From the NCBI GenBank assembly GCA_037138355.1, contig JBAXIL010000001.1, positions 1-64,000 on the forward strand: a stretch of DNA of 64,000 nt, written 5' to 3'. Position 1 is the stretch's first letter. Each line of letters starts with the position of its first letter. This document shows, in pieces, positions 19,601 to 29,234 of this stretch. A program made the translations under genes and the position numbers. Source of the DNA: a bacterium (lineage in GTDB: Bacteria > Oederibacteriota > PGYV01 > Palsa-1178). Under the pieces are notes generated by a model. It searched no databases, was not told the DNA's origin, and worked only from the letters and a program-made list of their open reading frames with translations.

Positions 19601-22600
19601 GATAGATGATATGGAGTCAGCAGATATAATAACATCTGCAACTATGTTGAAAACTGCATGGTTTCCAGCTGTTATGCCACCATTCAAAACTGCTCAAAAT
19701 AGAGCATATATTGAACGCGGAGAGTCAATAGAGACAACTAATTTGCCAACTTCTACAGACCCACTGGCAACTAATCAAACAAAAGTACTTAAACTTGATT
19801 TTAGTGGTTTGACTTCTGATAAATGGGATTCTTTCAGACAAGTTCTTTCAACTTCTGGAATTAGTTTAAATCAATATAATACTTTGGAAATATCAGTGAA
19901 GGTGAGTACTGATCAGCCAGTAAGAATGAGTGTTGATGTAGGTGTAATTAGTGAGGATTCAAATGGAAATGGAACATTTGCATATAATGGAAAAGATGGC
20001 ACAAGAAATGATAGTGAAGATGCAGATCAGAATAAAACATTTATAACTGTAAATGATATAGGCACGGGTCAGGGTATATACACAGGTGGTTCTCCTGCAT
20101 ATTGGGGAGCAGGCAATAATGTTTTAGATACAGAAGATATGAACGGTAATGGCATACTGGATACTCAGGAAGAGTATTACCATTTTGATTCTGAAGTTTC
20201 ACCTACGGGTGCTAATGTTTTACATTCAAAACTTCTTTTGAGTAATGGAGATAATTGGGTAGATATAAAAATTCCTCTTAAAGATTGGACAAATATAATC
20301 GGTGGAGCTGCAGTTAATAATATTGGAACCAATAAAGATAAATATATGTCTTTTATAAAACATTTAAGAATTAATTTTAAAGGTTCTGGAGCGGCACCTG
20401 CTTCAGGTACAATAAAAATTGCATCAATTAAATTTACTGGCAATTCATGGAGCTTACAGACCCCCGCAAATGAAACAGATCTTGCTGGAAATCCTGTGGT
20501 GGTTGATAGCTCGAAAATGAATATTGAATCAATTAATCAAAACACTGATTCACAATATACACCGAACCTTGATTATTATGACTGGACAACAGATAATGAT
20601 AAAAAATTTGAAACAGCTTTAAAAATAAGTTATAAAATATCAAACCTCGATCAAAGTAGTATTGACAATAAAACTTTATATTATGTAACAAAATCCTTAA
20701 ATGCATCAAGTGGTTATGATTTTCATTCTTATAAATACTTGAAAATGGATGTTTATTACAAGGCAAAAGATGCAATTGCTGGAAATGGAAGAGTAATGTT
20801 TATCAGAGTGGGTAGCGGAAGCGATAGTGACCCATTGGCGAGATATTATCAATATAATGAACTGCTTGACCCGATAACAACAGGCGGTTGGCGAACTGTT
20901 GTTTTTGCGCTTGATGGTTCAGATGGAAAGAGAAGCTCTACTGTAAGTCAGCCAAATTTAAGACAAGCACAGTATATATCTTTGGGTTTCATTAATCCAA
21001 ATACGACTCAACCTTCGGAAATAATGTATGTAAATAATATAAGATTAACTGATGCACAGTCATCGACTGGGCGTGCATCTTTTGTTAACTCAGCCATGAA
21101 TTACGCTGGCATAGGTTCTTTGAGTCATACCTATGAAGATAAAGAGGCCACATTTTATACACTGGCAGATGCAGGCAGGGCAGACATAAAGCAGCACGAG
21201 ATTTCAACTAATGTTTCTTTTAATTATACTCAGATACCTTTTCTTCCGATTAGTACAAACTATTTTAAGAGTTCCAAAGTGCTTGACGGACCAAATGCAA
21301 ATGATCCAGGTTATACTAACAATAATCTGGTTTATGATATTTATAGTGAAGGATTTAATAATATCGTGTCGTTTAATCTTATTCCGGATTTGAATTTTAC
21401 AAATAATACGACAGTGAGAAAAAATATCGTAAACTATCCAGGTTATAATGCTTACTTGGATAGTGTTGTAAGTGGTATGACTATAAATCCATCACTTTCT
21501 TGGAAGGCCCCAACTAAGTTGTTTTTTATACCTTTAGGTTCAAATAGTTTTGTTGGAAATCTTTCTATCAACAATTCTGAAACAGTTTATAATAGTATTG
21601 CTTTATCTCCAACGGCACAGGGAATATATTATTATAATTGGCGCAATGATAGAAAACAGGATTATCAATGGAATGGAGTTTATAATATATTTGGTTTGGA
21701 CATACAACCGTCATATCAGTATGGTCTAACTGAACAGATGGGATATCTCACATCGAAGTATGTCTATTATCAGAATTCAATTACAGATCCACATAATCGT
21801 GTAAATAAATATTATGTTTTAAGAAGAAATATTTCTCCAAAATTAAACATTAGTTATCCTGGAATCTGGATTTTTTCTCCAGCTTTAAGTTATCTCCAAG
21901 AATATAAAATGGATTATACGCAGTCGTATCTTGATAATCATGGCAGAATGGAAGCATCTACAAGTGTTAATTTAAGCACCTTTGCAAGCTGGTTGCCTGA
22001 TATAGGGAGATATGCTTTCTCTGTAGATAGCACACAACACTATGACGAGATACAAAATCCTGGGTCCTTTGGAAAATATGACAAAATGCCTTTTGAAAGT
22101 CAATGGAATATCTTCCTCTGGAAAATGTTAAATAATGAAAAGGAAATATTGCGTTTTGAGACGGCTGCAAAAAACGGAGCTTTTGTTATAACGCACAGTT
22201 TGAATTTTAATGTTATTAAGGTCCTAAGCATATTTGATTTTACTCCATCGGTGTCTTACTCTCTTAATAGAACTTTTTACTCACAAGGTGCTGTTAGACA
22301 GTTTAGTGAAGGCTTCAATATTTCTGTAAACAGTATAACTATAAATAATGTTACTATTCCTCTCCCTATATTGAGTGATTTGGTTTCAAACCAGCAGCTA
22401 ACTGGAACATATTCATATATGAGAAACCTTACCAAAGATTCTAATAGAAAGATAACGCTTGATGATATGACAAATAATTTTAGCGCCCAGCTTCCTTATG
22501 TTTCAAAGTCAGGAATTAACGGAGTATTAAGTATTTCTGGGAGTAGAAATCAGCAAATACGGCAGTATCTGAGAAGCTGGACGGGTTCGATTATGCCTGC

Positions 22601-22931
22601 TCTCACATTTAATTATAAATATAGACAAACTGATCCAATAACATTCCCAAGTTGGTTATGGCTCATCGGAGATAAGACTTTCCGTTTGGAGCAGGCACTT
22701 GACTTGGGAGTGAACTTATCAGTGAAGTACAGTCTTAGTGGAGATAATGATTTAAATATTAATAGAGCGGATGTTAAGGAATATACTTTAGGAACTTCTG
22801 CTTCGTATAATATTTTGCAAAATTTAACGACAACATTTAAGCTTGAATATAGTCATAAAGAAGATAAGTGGAAAAAGGATCAGGAATATGACAGATTTTC
22901 TGTAAGCGTCGGTGCGGTTATTGAATTTTAG
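16674..22931 (+). CDS. sprA: SprA/Sov-like T9SS outer-membrane translocon with N-terminal fibronectin type III domains
   Basis: SprA-like motifs FNIDQKLKLALKGNIGTKINVDVNYD, YAGEKDETLQEVTFGD, KLFGLRG, IDDMES and DTEDMNGNGILD; 2085 aa; terminal VGAVIEF; three YNI(Y/F)RS FN3 repeats at the N-terminus. Confidence 0.8.
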   Translation: MFLKQMKNKVITKYSASIMFIIVVVFLSACLKAETQVLSKVTPNATIIAIPAAVSGTSALGVTDAVINIPDFLKAEAKGIEVHLSWNASLKKDIVYNIYRSVSPDTNFIKINKDFVKQNNYIDNSQLSLTAPKSGKLYYYKVTAIDSGLESKSSTTVMATAFAPLAPPDKITLVAGFSSVKIKWVEPEASGSYGVSGYNIFRSTVAGILTQINPVTITAIQYDDSGLTNGARYDYSLQSIDAQGNTSALSALFSVTPFSSIASPKNLTTTAVSSESIKLIWDLPDGSGTYGISGYNIYRSTQAGIFSMDPINGKLAKEYKTDDNRVFYFDNMINSSSRPQAGSIYYYKVVPVDLSGNSGNASDIITGAVPVFEVNRNGIISADISEYGLPPESRLSLSGSKSLTIKYAHTWWKKNSTASSADFNIDQKLKLALKGNIGTKINVDVNYDENTLTDEYTKISISYAGEKDETLQEVTFGDLTLDLPSTRYLSYAPQKLFGLRGKVKIGDKLSITALAAQTKGINDTQVFTGSVRKKQTNSRDGIDISDMSYILNTYYYITKDSTVKIKPGTLKLYCYDGGLTAADVNTVYSTPTSAYHFRLLYSGVDYLVDYNEKIIKFNVGIANNFVIVAGYELEDGTKIGLKADDSLDLNEAYLVSAADGMTTASAHLIQDGTQTSARQSDISHKVLSYYYMGETKINNPVTDTGGFKIVITNPDNTKNYYIPQPWETNASDYYTIDTDFGILKFKSFFPFAAGQAQPCYPPYNLSTGNEDDAYKSVSAKSLYKIHLEYNYQVSSYKLDNSPVVFGSERVMVGGVLQKKNIQYEINYDAGEITFYKDKVAITDSTEIKVTYEYLPFIGANNSNLFGGRLDYDLLDNLKLAITGLYKTSNAGTTTPDARSTEISLNTPYNSLVVDGNVTFDLSKDNFNAILNALPIIDNSNIPVDFKFAAETAYSNLNPNTYEKSFSGGRVEKGPAMIDDMESADIITSATMLKTAWFPAVMPPFKTAQNRAYIERGESIETTNLPTSTDPLATNQTKVLKLDFSGLTSDKWDSFRQVLSTSGISLNQYNTLEISVKVSTDQPVRMSVDVGVISEDSNGNGTFAYNGKDGTRNDSEDADQNKTFITVNDIGTGQGIYTGGSPAYWGAGNNVLDTEDMNGNGILDTQEEYYHFDSEVSPTGANVLHSKLLLSNGDNWVDIKIPLKDWTNIIGGAAVNNIGTNKDKYMSFIKHLRINFKGSGAAPASGTIKIASIKFTGNSWSLQTPANETDLAGNPVVVDSSKMNIESINQNTDSQYTPNLDYYDWTTDNDKKFETALKISYKISNLDQSSIDNKTLYYVTKSLNASSGYDFHSYKYLKMDVYYKAKDAIAGNGRVMFIRVGSGSDSDPLARYYQYNELLDPITTGGWRTVVFALDGSDGKRSSTVSQPNLRQAQYISLGFINPNTTQPSEIMYVNNIRLTDAQSSTGRASFVNSAMNYAGIGSLSHTYEDKEATFYTLADAGRADIKQHEISTNVSFNYTQIPFLPISTNYFKSSKVLDGPNANDPGYTNNNLVYDIYSEGFNNIVSFNLIPDLNFTNNTTVRKNIVNYPGYNAYLDSVVSGMTINPSLSWKAPTKLFFIPLGSNSFVGNLSINNSETVYNSIALSPTAQGIYYYNWRNDRKQDYQWNGVYNIFGLDIQPSYQYGLTEQMGYLTSKYVYYQNSITDPHNRVNKYYVLRRNISPKLNISYPGIWIFSPALSYLQEYKMDYTQSYLDNHGRMEASTSVNLSTFASWLPDIGRYAFSVDSTQHYDEIQNPGSFGKYDKMPFESQWNIFLWKMLNNEKEILRFETAAKNGAFVITHSLNFNVIKVLSIFDFTPSVSYSLNRTFYSQGAVRQFSEGFNISVNSITINNVTIPLPILSDLVSNQQLTGTYSYMRNLTKDSNRKITLDDMTNNFSAQLPYVSKSGINGVLSISGSRNQQIRQYLRSWTGSIMPALTFNYKYRQTDPITFPSWLWLIGDKTFRLEQALDLGVNLSVKYSLSGDNDLNINRADVKEYTLGTSASYNILQNLTTTFKLEYSHKEDKWKKDQEYDRFSVSVGAVIEF

Positions 22932-22944
22932 GAGGACGATTTTT

Positions 22945-25900
22945 ATGAAAAAGTTTTTTTTACTTTTTGTTTTATTGAGTTCTATCTTTTCTACAGCTTA
23001 TGCTGGAGCTTGGGATCCAACAATAATTAGTTCTGAGTTTGATGGAACCAATATTAAGATAAGTTGGAAGCCGATAACTTATACTGCTTCGAACTATTCG
23101 GTATACAGGTCACCAGTTACACTTTCTGCTACTGCTGATTGGGAAGCATTAACCGCTTTGACGACAGTGGCGCAGAGCGTGGATACTTATGTTGATGCAG
23201 TACCACTGACATATACGGCCTATTATTATCGAATTAAGAATTTTACTACGGCTTTAGATGGTGTATTTTCAAGTATTGTTAATTCTTCGCCTTATCCAGA
23301 GCCTATTGTTAGTTATGCAGGATATGATTCAAAAGTTATTTTGGAATGGGCAAAATCCTCAGATACTGGGGTGCAGTATTATAATGTGTATCGGTCAACA
23401 AATGCTGGTATTTTAGATGCTTTGTTGACAGGGAAAACAAGCGATAATAAATATATAGATTACTCAACAGCCAATTTAATTAAATATTATTTTAGGATTC
23501 AGCCAGTTACAACTCAGGGTGGTTCGTTTTCACAAGCAATAACAGTTACGCCTTTTGCTTTGCCATTTATTCCTTCAAATGTGGCAAAGGTTGTTTTAGG
23601 AACGACAGTTACAATGACATGGGCTACTACTACTGCCAGAGCGTCATATGATATTGCTGGGTATAGTATATATCGTTCCACTTCACAAATAATTTCATCT
23701 GATTTTATTGCTCTCACACTTAATGGTTATTTTTTAGATACAGGTCTTACTCCAGGAACAAGGTATAATTATCAGGTAAGAACAACTGATGTTAATTTTA
23801 ATGTTTCGGCTCCTGTTGAATTCTCGGTTTTAATTCCTGGGCCGCCTGCCGCTCCAGTGAATATTCAGGCAAGTACGAATGCCTTAGCTGCAACAATTAC
23901 TTGGAATTATAATAGCTCGGATGAAAGTGTCACTTCTTACTCTGTTTATGAAAGTGGAAGTTTTAAGGGGACTACAGGAAATAACCATTATGCAGATAGT
24001 TCTGTAACCTTAGGAGGGGCATATTTATACACGGTTAAGGCAAATAATTCATATGGTTTAAGTGTTATGTCGCAAGCTGTGGCGGTAACGATTACTCCTT
24101 CTGCACCACAGAACTTAATTGTTGAAAATGCAACGCTACCTGGAACTCTATATATAAATTGGACCCCAATAAATATTTCTGAAAATATTACAGGTTATAA
24201 TATATATAGGGCCACAAGTCCAGAAACATTTGATTATTCAATACCAATTCTTGTTACTGCTACTACATATGATGATTCTGATGTTGGAGTAGGATTAAGA
24301 TATTATTATTGCGTAGCTGGATTTTCATCTATGGAAGGAGCAAGGTCTTTAACTGCAAGTGCTGTCCCTGAGTTAACTGCAATAAATGTTAATGGCTTGA
24401 CAGCTACAGCCTTTACTAATTATGCTTTTCTTAATTGGGATAATGCGGATATTGAATATGGTGTGACTGGGTATAAAATATATAAAAGTACTTCTCCATA
24501 CTCTGAGTTATTTTCTTATGAAAAGTATGTGACTGCTTCTGCTGGAGTTTCAAGTAGCGCGTATGTTACAGGATTAAGTTCACTTAATATCCCTTACTAT
24601 CTTAAGGTAACTGCATTAAATTTTTATGGAGAGGGAGATACTATAAATGCTTCATATATAGATATTACAATGACAGCAGCTACAACTCCTGAAAGACCTA
24701 TAAGTGTTACTGCAACAAGTCAGGGAGATGCGACTATATATCTTTCGTGGAGTACTGCACTATCGCCGGCAAGTGTGACTTCCTATAATGTTTATAGAAG
24801 CATTTCGGCAGGCATATATAACTTTACTACTCCAATTGCGAGAGTGACAGGAACAAATTATACGGACCATGTTACTTCTACAGCTGGTACTGTGTATTAT
24901 TATGAGATTAAGTCCCAAGGTTCTGGATTGGAAAGCTTGTCTTCTGCAGAAATCAGTGGAAGATCTTATTATAGACCTTATCCTGTAAATAATCTTACAG
25001 GTTCTTATGTAAATGGAAATAATTGGATTTTATGGAGCAAACCAGATAGTGATGGCACAGATGATTATGCAGTAAAACATTATAGAATATATAGAAGTAC
25101 TGTATCTTCTTTTTCGGAAACTCTTTTGGCGGGGGCGGAAGCAATAACGGAGGAAAAGTATATTGATTCGGATATAAACACATCAGTATCAATATATTAT
25201 TATAAAGTAAAAACCTATGATACAAATGGTATTGAAGATGATGATACTTCGACATTGCAAGTAAATATGTCAGCCATACAGCAACCGCCTGCGACTTTAG
25301 TGGCATTGGCTGGTGACAGTAAAGTTTCTTTGATATGGCGAATGGTAACGCCACTATATTATAATATTTACAGAAGAGAAGATTCGAATCCATCATATGG
25401 ACCACCAGTAGCTTACAATGTTTCTTTTTCGCTTAAGGATTATACTGATACGAATTTAATAAATGGTATTTTATATCATTATATTATCAAAGCAGTGAAT
25501 TCGTCTGGGGAAGGTCCGGCCTCCGTGGAAGTGAGTGCTGAACGATACTTGGCAATAACGCTTCCGTTAGATCCGACAGTTACAGCTCAGATAGTCAATA
25601 AAAAGGATATACTACTTAACTGGAATGCGGCAATAGGTGCTTCTCTTGCTGGATACTATGTCATGAGAAGTAATGATGGTGGTGGAACCTACGCGCAGCT
25701 AACTATAACAACGCAGACCAATTATACTGATGCGAGCACACAATGGAATCAAGTATATTACTATCTTATTAAAACAGTAGATGTAGATGGACATATAGAT
25801 GCTATTTACACGCCTGTGAAGATAGTTCTACCACAGCCAAAGAATAAAATCAGAGTTTACAGAAATCTCTTGGATCTATCAAAAGGAGAAACTTTAAAAC

Positions 25901-26148
25901 TCCGGTATGTTTTAATTCAAGGTGGAAAAATTAAGCTTAGTGTTTATACACTGACAGGGGCATTTGTGATTGAACTTGTGAATGCAATTGTTGCTGGTAA
26001 TATTGATGAAATCAATCCTTATGAAAGTGCGGATATAATCTGGGACGGAAAGAATCAAGCCGGAGAAAAAGTGGCTTCGGGCGTTTACCTACTATCACTT
26101 GAAGCACCTAATTTAAGGGTGGTTGAAAAAGTGGCTGTAGTTAAGTAG
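22945..26148 (+). CDS. Secreted poly-fibronectin type III protein with C-terminal FlgD-Ig/T9SS-CTD-like domain
   Basis: GGAGG RBS, ATG 22945; about ten W...YN(V/I)YRS...Y.D...YYY repeats; C-terminal WDGKNQAGEKVASGVYLL. Confidence 0.8.
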   Translation: MKKFFLLFVLLSSIFSTAYAGAWDPTIISSEFDGTNIKISWKPITYTASNYSVYRSPVTLSATADWEALTALTTVAQSVDTYVDAVPLTYTAYYYRIKNFTTALDGVFSSIVNSSPYPEPIVSYAGYDSKVILEWAKSSDTGVQYYNVYRSTNAGILDALLTGKTSDNKYIDYSTANLIKYYFRIQPVTTQGGSFSQAITVTPFALPFIPSNVAKVVLGTTVTMTWATTTARASYDIAGYSIYRSTSQIISSDFIALTLNGYFLDTGLTPGTRYNYQVRTTDVNFNVSAPVEFSVLIPGPPAAPVNIQASTNALAATITWNYNSSDESVTSYSVYESGSFKGTTGNNHYADSSVTLGGAYLYTVKANNSYGLSVMSQAVAVTITPSAPQNLIVENATLPGTLYINWTPINISENITGYNIYRATSPETFDYSIPILVTATTYDDSDVGVGLRYYYCVAGFSSMEGARSLTASAVPELTAINVNGLTATAFTNYAFLNWDNADIEYGVTGYKIYKSTSPYSELFSYEKYVTASAGVSSSAYVTGLSSLNIPYYLKVTALNFYGEGDTINASYIDITMTAATTPERPISVTATSQGDATIYLSWSTALSPASVTSYNVYRSISAGIYNFTTPIARVTGTNYTDHVTSTAGTVYYYEIKSQGSGLESLSSAEISGRSYYRPYPVNNLTGSYVNGNNWILWSKPDSDGTDDYAVKHYRIYRSTVSSFSETLLAGAEAITEEKYIDSDINTSVSIYYYKVKTYDTNGIEDDDTSTLQVNMSAIQQPPATLVALAGDSKVSLIWRMVTPLYYNIYRREDSNPSYGPPVAYNVSFSLKDYTDTNLINGILYHYIIKAVNSSGEGPASVEVSAERYLAITLPLDPTVTAQIVNKKDILLNWNAAIGASLAGYYVMRSNDGGGTYAQLTITTQTNYTDASTQWNQVYYYLIKTVDVDGHIDAIYTPVKIVLPQPKNKIRVYRNLLDLSKGETLKLRYVLIQGGKIKLSVYTLTGAFVIELVNAIVAGNIDEINPYESADIIWDGKNQAGEKVASGVYLLSLEAPNLRVVEKVAVVK

Positions 26149-26203
26149 TAATGATAGATGATGAGGTGTTAAGAGTTTTACAAATAAAAATTCACGAGGT
26201 TAT

Positions 26204-27955
26204 ATGTTAAAAATAAATATCTTACCAGATAATGTGGCAAATCAGATTGCTGCTGGTGAAGTGATAGCAAGGCCAGCTTCTTGTGTTAAAGAGTTGTTAG
26301 AAAATTCTATTGATGCTGGGGCAACAAATATAACTGTTTCTATAGAAAATGCAGGTAAAAATAAAATAGAGATAAAAGATGATGGTCTGGGAATGGAAGA
26401 AATTGATTTAAAAAATGCTTTTTTACGACATGCCACAAGCAAAATAAAAACAATTGAAGATTTAAACTTTATTGAGACATTGGGTTTTAGAGGTGAAGCA
26501 CTTGCCTCTATTGCATCTGTGGCAAGAGTGGAAGCTATGACAAGAACAGAAGGCGAAGATGTTGGAAACTTTATAAACATAGAAGGCGGTAAGATAGTAA
26601 AACAAGGAAAAAAAGCATCAAATAAAGGTACTATTATTTCTGTGAAAGATATTTTCTACAATACTCCTGCAAGGTTAAAATTTTTAAAATCGGACTATAC
26701 GGAAGAAGCCAATATTATAGAAGTTGTATTAAATGAAGCTCTTGCCAGAATGAATGTCTCTTTTAAATTAGAACTTGATGGTAAGGAAAATATGTTTTTT
26801 TCGAAATCGTCCGTGCTGAAAGATAGAATCCGTATAGCTGCTGGCAGGGAAGTAGCGGAGGCTCTTATAGAAATATCATATTTTACAGATAATGTGAAAG
26901 TAACTGGATATATTGCAAAACCTTCTGTAACAAGAAAATCAAGAGGTCCTCAATTTCTTTATGTAAATAGTAGGTGTATACAAAATAGAAGTATATCGTA
27001 TGCAGTGTTTGAAGGTTTTGGAACACTATTAATGAAAGGCGCATATCCTTACGCATATATATTCATAGATATCAATCCTGCTTTAGTAGATGTTAATGTA
27101 CACCCGACTAAAGCTGAAGTAAAGTTTAAGGATGAAAGATTTGTTTATAATTGTGTGCGTTTAGCAATTGATGCAGCTTTGAAAAAAAACGAATTGACTC
27201 CAGCGGCATATTTTGGAACAGGCATAGATGGTCCTACTGCTACAGACATAAAAGATGGAGCACAGCAAGCCATCAATGGATTCTTTGCAAATGAATCATC
27301 AAGATTATTTAATAATACGCAAGTTGAATACACAAAAAGCGGTATTGAGGCTCACACAAAATCTCAAACAAGAGCTTATTTGTGGTTAAGAGCTTTAGGA
27401 CAAGTACATAAAACATATATTGTTGGTGAAGATGATAATAATCTTGTTGTGATTGATCAACATGCGGCTCATGAAAAAGTACTTTATGAAAAGATAATGG
27501 ATGATATCGAAAAAAACAGCTTAAAAGTTCAAGAACTGCTTATTCCTGAAATTATTGAAGTCGCACCTCCTGAAAAAAGAGTAATTATGTCAAACATAGG
27601 AGTTTTTTCAAGACTTGGATTTTTTCTGGAAGAGTTTGGAGAAAGAGATTACAAAATTTCAGCACATCCAGTCATAATAAGAAATAAGGCCGCAGCGCCA
27701 TTTGTAAAAGAAATAATAGGAACATTAATGGATAAAGATAAAGCCAACGAACATGATATATTAAAACATCTCTGTGCCACTATGGCATGTAGGGCTGCTG
27801 TAAAAGCAGGCGATATACTAAATGATGCAGAAATAACGGAGCTGCTTAATAATTATGTAGAGTTAAAAGATCCACATTCCTGCCCACATGGTCGACCGCC
27901 AATAATAAAAATACCATTTGATGAAATTGAAAAAATGTTTAAGAGAAAATTATAA
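26204..27955 (+). CDS. mutL: DNA mismatch repair endonuclease MutL
   Basis: NQIAAGEVI, GFRGEALASI, DQHAAHE and CPHGRP motifs. Confidence 0.98.
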   Translation: MLKINILPDNVANQIAAGEVIARPASCVKELLENSIDAGATNITVSIENAGKNKIEIKDDGLGMEEIDLKNAFLRHATSKIKTIEDLNFIETLGFRGEALASIASVARVEAMTRTEGEDVGNFINIEGGKIVKQGKKASNKGTIISVKDIFYNTPARLKFLKSDYTEEANIIEVVLNEALARMNVSFKLELDGKENMFFSKSSVLKDRIRIAAGREVAEALIEISYFTDNVKVTGYIAKPSVTRKSRGPQFLYVNSRCIQNRSISYAVFEGFGTLLMKGAYPYAYIFIDINPALVDVNVHPTKAEVKFKDERFVYNCVRLAIDAALKKNELTPAAYFGTGIDGPTATDIKDGAQQAINGFFANESSRLFNNTQVEYTKSGIEAHTKSQTRAYLWLRALGQVHKTYIVGEDDNNLVVIDQHAAHEKVLYEKIMDDIEKNSLKVQELLIPEIIEVAPPEKRVIMSNIGVFSRLGFFLEEFGERDYKISAHPVIIRNKAAAPFVKEIIGTLMDKDKANEHDILKHLCATMACRAAVKAGDILNDAEITELLNNYVELKDPHSCPHGRPPIIKIPFDEIEKMFKRKL

Positions 27956-28012
27956 ATTAGAATTAAATTATTATTAATTTTTGTTCTTGGGAAAAAACAT
28001 TAGGAGCGTAGA

Positions 28013-28921
28013 ATGTATATTATTGTAACTGGAGCCACTGGTACTGGCAAGTCTGCTGTGGCTGTTGAACTGGCAAAGAAAATTAATGGTGAAATAATAT
28101 CTGCTGATTCCATGCAGGTGTATGTGGGTATGGATATAGGCACATATAAGATATCCAAGGAAGACACGCAAGGGATAAGCCATCATTTATTAGATGTGGT
28201 AAATCCTTGGGAAAAGTTCTCAGTAGCACAGTTTAAAATTTTGGCGGAAAAGGCATTAAATCACATAAAAGGAAAAGGCAAAATACCTATAGTTGTTGGT
28301 GGTACGGGCTTGTTTATAAACTCGCTTACGCGTGGGATATTGACTTCTAAAGAGCCTTCTAATGAACTAAAAAGTCTTTTGAGAGTTGAACTTGAGGAAA
28401 ATGGTCTTGAGGCACTTGTCAATTTATTGAATAAAAAAGACCCCGAGGCAGCATCGTTAATTGATATTAATAATAGTCGGAGAGTACTTAGGGCACTTGA
28501 ACTTATAGAAACTAATAAAATGAGTTTAAGCGAATTAAGAAAAACAACAGAGAAAAACCGGTATAAAGATGATTATAAATTATTTGTTTTGGAAACTGGC
28601 AGGGAATATATGTATTCAAGACTTGATAAAAGAGTTGATGAAATGATAAAAAGCGGATTGTTAAATGAAGTAAAAGTCCTTATGAGTAAAATCAATGCAT
28701 TAAGCATGACAAGTATGCAAGCCATAGGATATAAGGAAACCACGGAGTTTTTAAATGGAAATATAAATATGAATCAAATGATAATAAATATAAAACAGGC
28801 CACTCGAAATTATGCAAAAAGACAGCTTACTTGGTTCAAAAAATATGAGGAAGCAATAAGAATTAATATGGAACGCATAACCCCTGTAGAAGCAGCAAAG
28901 GAAATTCAGGATAAGTTGTAG
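28013..28921 (+). CDS. miaA: tRNA dimethylallyltransferase
   Basis: GATGTGKS, SADSMQVY, GGTGLF, QAIGYKE and YAKRQLTWF motifs; follows mutL. Confidence 0.97.
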   Translation: MYIIVTGATGTGKSAVAVELAKKINGEIISADSMQVYVGMDIGTYKISKEDTQGISHHLLDVVNPWEKFSVAQFKILAEKALNHIKGKGKIPIVVGGTGLFINSLTRGILTSKEPSNELKSLLRVELEENGLEALVNLLNKKDPEAASLIDINNSRRVLRALELIETNKMSLSELRKTTEKNRYKDDYKLFVLETGREYMYSRLDKRVDEMIKSGLLNEVKVLMSKINALSMTSMQAIGYKETTEFLNGNINMNQMIINIKQATRNYAKRQLTWFKKYEEAIRINMERITPVEAAKEIQDKL

Positions 28922-28930
28922 TACTATATG

Positions 28931-29112
28931 AGTATGGAATAATCCAATAAAGGCAGTACTGAGTGCAATATTTAGCATTATTCAGTTAATTAATTAGCAT
29001 AGTTCGATTCATTAATAGAGTCAATCACAGAACAAAACAGTGAAATCGGGTTGCAGATAAGACATATTGAACTTATCTTATTTGATTGTTTTTTATTGGT
29101 TTTATCCATATT
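28931..29112 (+). ncRNA. Candidate structured non-coding RNA (about 180 nt), family unassigned
   Basis: Ends pair over about 22 bp (TATGGA/TCCATA, CCAATAAA/TTTATTGG, GGCAGT/ATTGTT) and enclose hairpins ACTGAGT/ATTCAGT and AGATAAG/CTTATCT. Confidence 0.35.
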
Positions 29113-29132
29113 TAAAAGCTATTAAAATGTAA

Positions 29133-29161
29133 TTGACATAAAGAATTTATTATGTTAAATT
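29133..29161 (+). promoter_or_regulatory. Sigma-70-type promoter
   Basis: TTGACA-N17-TAAATT with TG extension, upstream of the 29235 gene. Confidence 0.65.
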
Positions 29162-29234
29162 TACTCACTTGCAAAGAATCTATTGTTGCAACAGGTTTTT
29201 ATATATTGGAACATTATATGCATCGGAGGATACT

